Positions 59,786-64,000 of a DNA stretch of 64,000 nucleotides are shown piece after piece (position 1 is the stretch's first letter; each line of letters opens with the position of its first letter). The translations under genes were made by a program, and so were the position numbers. The notes beneath the pieces were generated by a model. It made no database searches, had not been told where the DNA came from, and saw nothing but the letters and a program-made list of their open reading frames with translations. Origin of the DNA: Callorhinchus milii (lineage: Eukaryota); NCBI RefSeq assembly GCF_018977255.1, contig NW_024704758.1:12338001-12402000 (forward strand), given 5' to 3'.

Positions 59786-60299
59786 CCACCACCATCACCG
59801 CTACACACACACATTATAGGGCAAACATCAAACGTTAATGGTTGACAGCTGAGAAGGTCACATTTTGAACTGTGAAATTATGAGCTTAATGTGTTCATTA
59901 TATAGCGCGGCCATTAATTGAATAACCCCAGTGCCTCTCTCCCAGGGTTTGGCCAGCATGGAATATTTCATTTTGACTGGAGGGAGGAGCACGGGTTAAA
60001 GGATATGTTCCAAGGGTTTTGAACTTCTGCATCTACCCAACATTCACAAGGCCGTCGGAGCCCTCCATCAAAATCCCAAACGACCCTGTGAGCTTGTGTT
60101 TCAGCTTGAAACCATCTTCTCCGTTCACCTGAGCCCAACGGCGACATGCAATTCCCTGTAGCTCGGTTACGTTTGTGGGCGCCGATCGGTTTGCTGTGGA
60201 TATTGTGTTTGCACAATATTGTGTTAAACTGCCCGCAGTTATCTCGGGTAAAGCGCCTTTCAGTCTCACAGTATGGCCCACTAGGGGGGACCAACTGTA

Positions 60300-60432
60300 A
60301 ACATGGAATCATAGGAACAGGAGGAGGCCATTCAGACCCTCGAGCCAATGCTATAAGATCATGATTGATCTGTACCTCAGCTCCAATTACCCGTCCTTGC
60401 CCCATATCCCCGAATACCTTTACCTAACAACA
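60300..60432 (-). mobile_element. CR1 3'UTR fragment
   Basis: ATAGGAACAGGAGGAGGCCATTCAGACCCTCGAGCC..ATCATGATTGATCT is the reverse complement of the CR1 tail seen at 4500-4570. Confidence 0.8.
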
Positions 60433-63400
60433 GAGTTCATGTAAAGTTGGTCTCATGCTTTAAAAAATGCTTTGAACGCACCCCCCCCCCCCCCCTCCCC
60501 CCCCTACACACGTACACACACAAAAAAGGCAGAGCTATGCAGTACTGTGTGCAATACATACAAATTCAGGCCTTCGATTCGATGCCCGCAAAACATCAGC
60601 ATTTGCAGATGCAGAATCCCAATGTTACTAATACTATTTCCTCGCAATTCTCCATGTGATTATTAGGAATGGCCACTCACTCCCCTCGCTCAAGATTTGA
60701 ACGTAATCTTAAGAAGTTGCATTTCGATTTGCAAGGACAAGTCGCCCCCCCCCCTCTCCCAGCCTACCCACCCCCACCCTCCAAAAAAAAAAAAAGAAGA
60801 ATTAAAGGACATCCTCTTTCCATTTGCTGCAGTGCGTATACTGTCATTACAATGAAATGCCATCAGATCACAAATAACGCAGTGACCTAGCGGACACACA
60901 CAGCACGTTTGGAGATACTTCTCGAATATTTCTACCCCCCCCTCCTCCTCCCACGTCCTATTTGTGGCTGCAACCACGATTTGGAATTGCGTTCGGCTGC
61001 ACCAAATATATTCAAACGCTTCGTTTTGCAATTGGTACCCAGTGATCAGTCCAAGCTCACACGCCCCACGCACTTAATTGCGTTGACTCAGAAGCATGTA
61101 CACTTGCAGCAAACTATTTTGGGAAACCAATGGTTGCAGAGAAGGCATTTTCACCAACTGACATCAGCGTCCAGCGTGAGGCTGAGCGAAACCAACCGGC
61201 ATTTTGCGGGCAGGTGTGCGACTTCCCAAGACGGGAGAATGAAAGCTGGGAACCGAAACTGAGAGATCATTCTGTCGCAACGATCGCCCCACGTTGAGCA
61301 GTTGTGCTAATCACCTCTCCACAGTGAAGCGGAACGGACTTCAGATCTGAACCCATCACTAACTCGCCGCTCCAGAGTGAATTAACAACCCTTACGGTCT
61401 TAATTACTTTGTCAAAGATGAATAACGGCAATTGATTTTGTCGGGAGTCGCTTTGTCCGTTGAGCTACTTAAAAATCAGACCCTGTCCAGGCCAGAGAGT
61501 CTAAAAAGGGACTGAAATCCTAGAGGTTTTCTGTGGGTAAACTTCCCTTTACTCTATCTTTACTGAAAGTGGGTTTAAGCAATAACAAATATCGAAAACG
61601 TTGGACAAATATGCTTTACCGCAAAAATGTTTCCTATGATTTCTTGCTCGCAGTTAAATGAATGTTCCACCACATACTTGGATCCGGTCACAATACAACC
61701 GAACAATTTCATCAACGTCACCATGTTATCAAACGTAAGGATTATTATTAAACAGAACCTGGCATTTCAAGCAAAATCTCGTGAACTTAGTACTTTATTA
61801 TCAAGAGTCAGATATTCAAAAATGCTTAAACCCAACTCAATATGTCTCTGCTGCTCGCAAACTAAATTCACAATTTCCCTCAAATTTTAATTGCAGTTCA
61901 TACAAAACAGGAGACTGATGTTGAGATACGAATATTTTGTCTTGTGAAAAGGGATGATATCCATGAACNAAAAATAACATTCCGGGTTGCTAGCTGGTAA
62001 GGTCAATTATTGACGAGCTGAATTGTATTCTGTATTAAGTCCCAATGTTTCACGAAACAAGGAATTATCATACGCTCTGTTTATTTCTGATGTTAAGTAC
62101 TTGAACCTCCCTCCATTCATTCAAGGATGTAAATGATAGATGACAAAAGAGGATTAGATAGAGGCCCTTCAGCACATTTGATTTCATCAATACCCAACCT
62201 ACCTTTTTGTTCAAAATAAGGGAAATGATGAAGATGGGATTGCAATGAAGCTTCCTTTGTCCCAAAACACGTCGTTTGAATTTCAAATAAGTATTTAAAA
62301 CCCTATATTTATCTGTGAATTATATTTGAGGCATAAGCAATTATCTTTCTTTATTTTTGATTGTACAGTTGTGCTTTGCGATTTCACTGCACACTCAATC
62401 TGGTGAGATAAACACAGGTCTATTCGCTTCGTAAGGTTTGTGGTTACGAACCTTCTTTGGGTGGGGGGGTAGTAAGTTAATTACACAACTGCACATAAAT
62501 TATTAGTACACGTGACAACACTAAAGTCAGTATGTTCAGGTCCTTATGATACATCCGTTATCCTAAATGATGTGGGGACAATTCAACCTCATTTATAATA
62601 CCTATTTGCTTCGAGAAAATGTTTTCTTCGATGATGAGATGTGTATTAATTAAGTAACAGTGTACCATTCACCTGTCTATCACCGAACTAACACAGCCTC
62701 GCACGTGTCGATGGAGAGCTCAATCATTTGCCATTGTAAAGGTACCCAATAAAGTTGAGGATTTTCCCAATGTTATTGCAAAACTAGACATTAGACTCCC
62801 ACTCTCTCGCCCCCGCTCCACCATAAAACAAATGCTTTCCAAATAGTACTTCGTGTGGGTGCATTCAGGGTAAGTTAAGGTGCAACTGTATGCTGAATGC
62901 ATCTACATTCACGTTTATCTGCATAGTTTTTCCTCGAAGTTAATTTACGGATAAGTACCACTTTGCATTACATTTTGAAAAACATGTTATGAAATACAGA
63001 CTGATTCGAAATATGGTCCGTTGTGTCGTCAAGAGGACTGAAATTAATTGCAATACGTGAAATCAGAATGACCCTCCTCAGTATTATTGAACTCCACTGT
63101 CATTAGATTTTCTTTTGTCTACGAGAATTAAAACATTTCGTATCGTACGGTGGTTTTAAGCGTAAAGGCAGAGGAATACGATTGAAAAGATCCTAAATGC
63201 ATAAAACATAGAATTCAACAATTCCTGCCTCTATGGATCCACCATATTTAACACGTTATTGGTTATTCATCACTTTCCACTCAGGTTTATTAATCCAAAC
63301 TTCAAAGACTGGATTGCAGCTGCCAAATGGGTTGAATATGATTGTTTTTCATAGCAATATATGATCAACTGAGAAAGCCAGAATTGCATGTCAGAACAAG

Positions 63401-64000
63401 AAAATTTCGCACAAGGCTGCGCTTTAAGATTCATCAATCCAAGTACCATCGCCCTCGACACTGATGGGAAAATACGTTCCCCACAAATTATCTCTCGTGA
63501 TGTTCCTCATTTCAAAATATTGAAACCAGCTTTTTTTTTAAAAAAAAGAAAAAAAGCAATTGGCCTCAAGTTCGGTGCACCAAATCTTCGGAATAATCCA
63601 CAGAAAATTACAGCGCCGAAACGGAATTTTGATCAGGTATTTCCAAATTCATGTCTTGTTTCAAATAGATCAATAGATTTATATACTTCAAGCTCCATTA
63701 CGATCCCCCCCATAAACATGTTCTTCACCACGGACAAGTGTTCCAGTGTAATCGGTACCCGTTTGACTTTGAGGTCACACATTGCCTTAGATTCCGTCCA
63801 ACCAGATCTTTATGGGACATCACTTCACAATAATCCCATATATGTTTTAACCCCAATCGATGCACATGAACTGGTTCAGAGACACCGCCGCTTTCGAATG
63901 CGTATTGATACCTTATCTTCTCGTCGATAACACTGTGACCCAACACTGCAGACAACACAGCAATTGCAGACATTTAAAAATGCAAAGGCGTATGTGATAA

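Noticed and set aside
63388-63930. 180-aa ORF on +
   Set aside because: No recognisable domain or splice structure; it crosses a T8A7 run, consistent with a chance ORF. BLASTP or RNA-seq would settle it.

Overview
This is vertebrate, intron-rich genomic DNA. The repeat families suggest a cartilaginous fish (chimaera or shark), which is an inference. Two genes lie in tandem on the minus strand. The first is a complete 16-exon SLC6A5 (neuronal glycine transporter GlyT2): ATG-only first coding exon at 58590-58592, stop at 36650, 2379-nt CDS, 792 aa. The second is the 5' part of NELL1: coding exons 1-9 at 33318->4930, with the rest beyond the left edge. This matches the known SLC6A5-NELL1 gene order. 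Introns carry tRNA-derived SINEs with an L2-like tail, CR1 LINE 3' fragments and a Penelope-type relic. I found no convincing novel protein-coding system, and almost all ORFs in the supplied track are spurious. The best leads are non-coding: a decayed hammerhead-ribozyme motif (870-906), a perfect 22-bp hairpin with an AATAAA loop (10516-10565), a near-consensus REST/NRSE site in SLC6A5 intron 1, a G-rich minisatellite between the SLC6A5 polyA signal and the NELL1 promoter, a GAG splice acceptor with a conserved internal start codon in NELL1 exon 7, and a TQF (not TQC) C-terminus on GlyT2.
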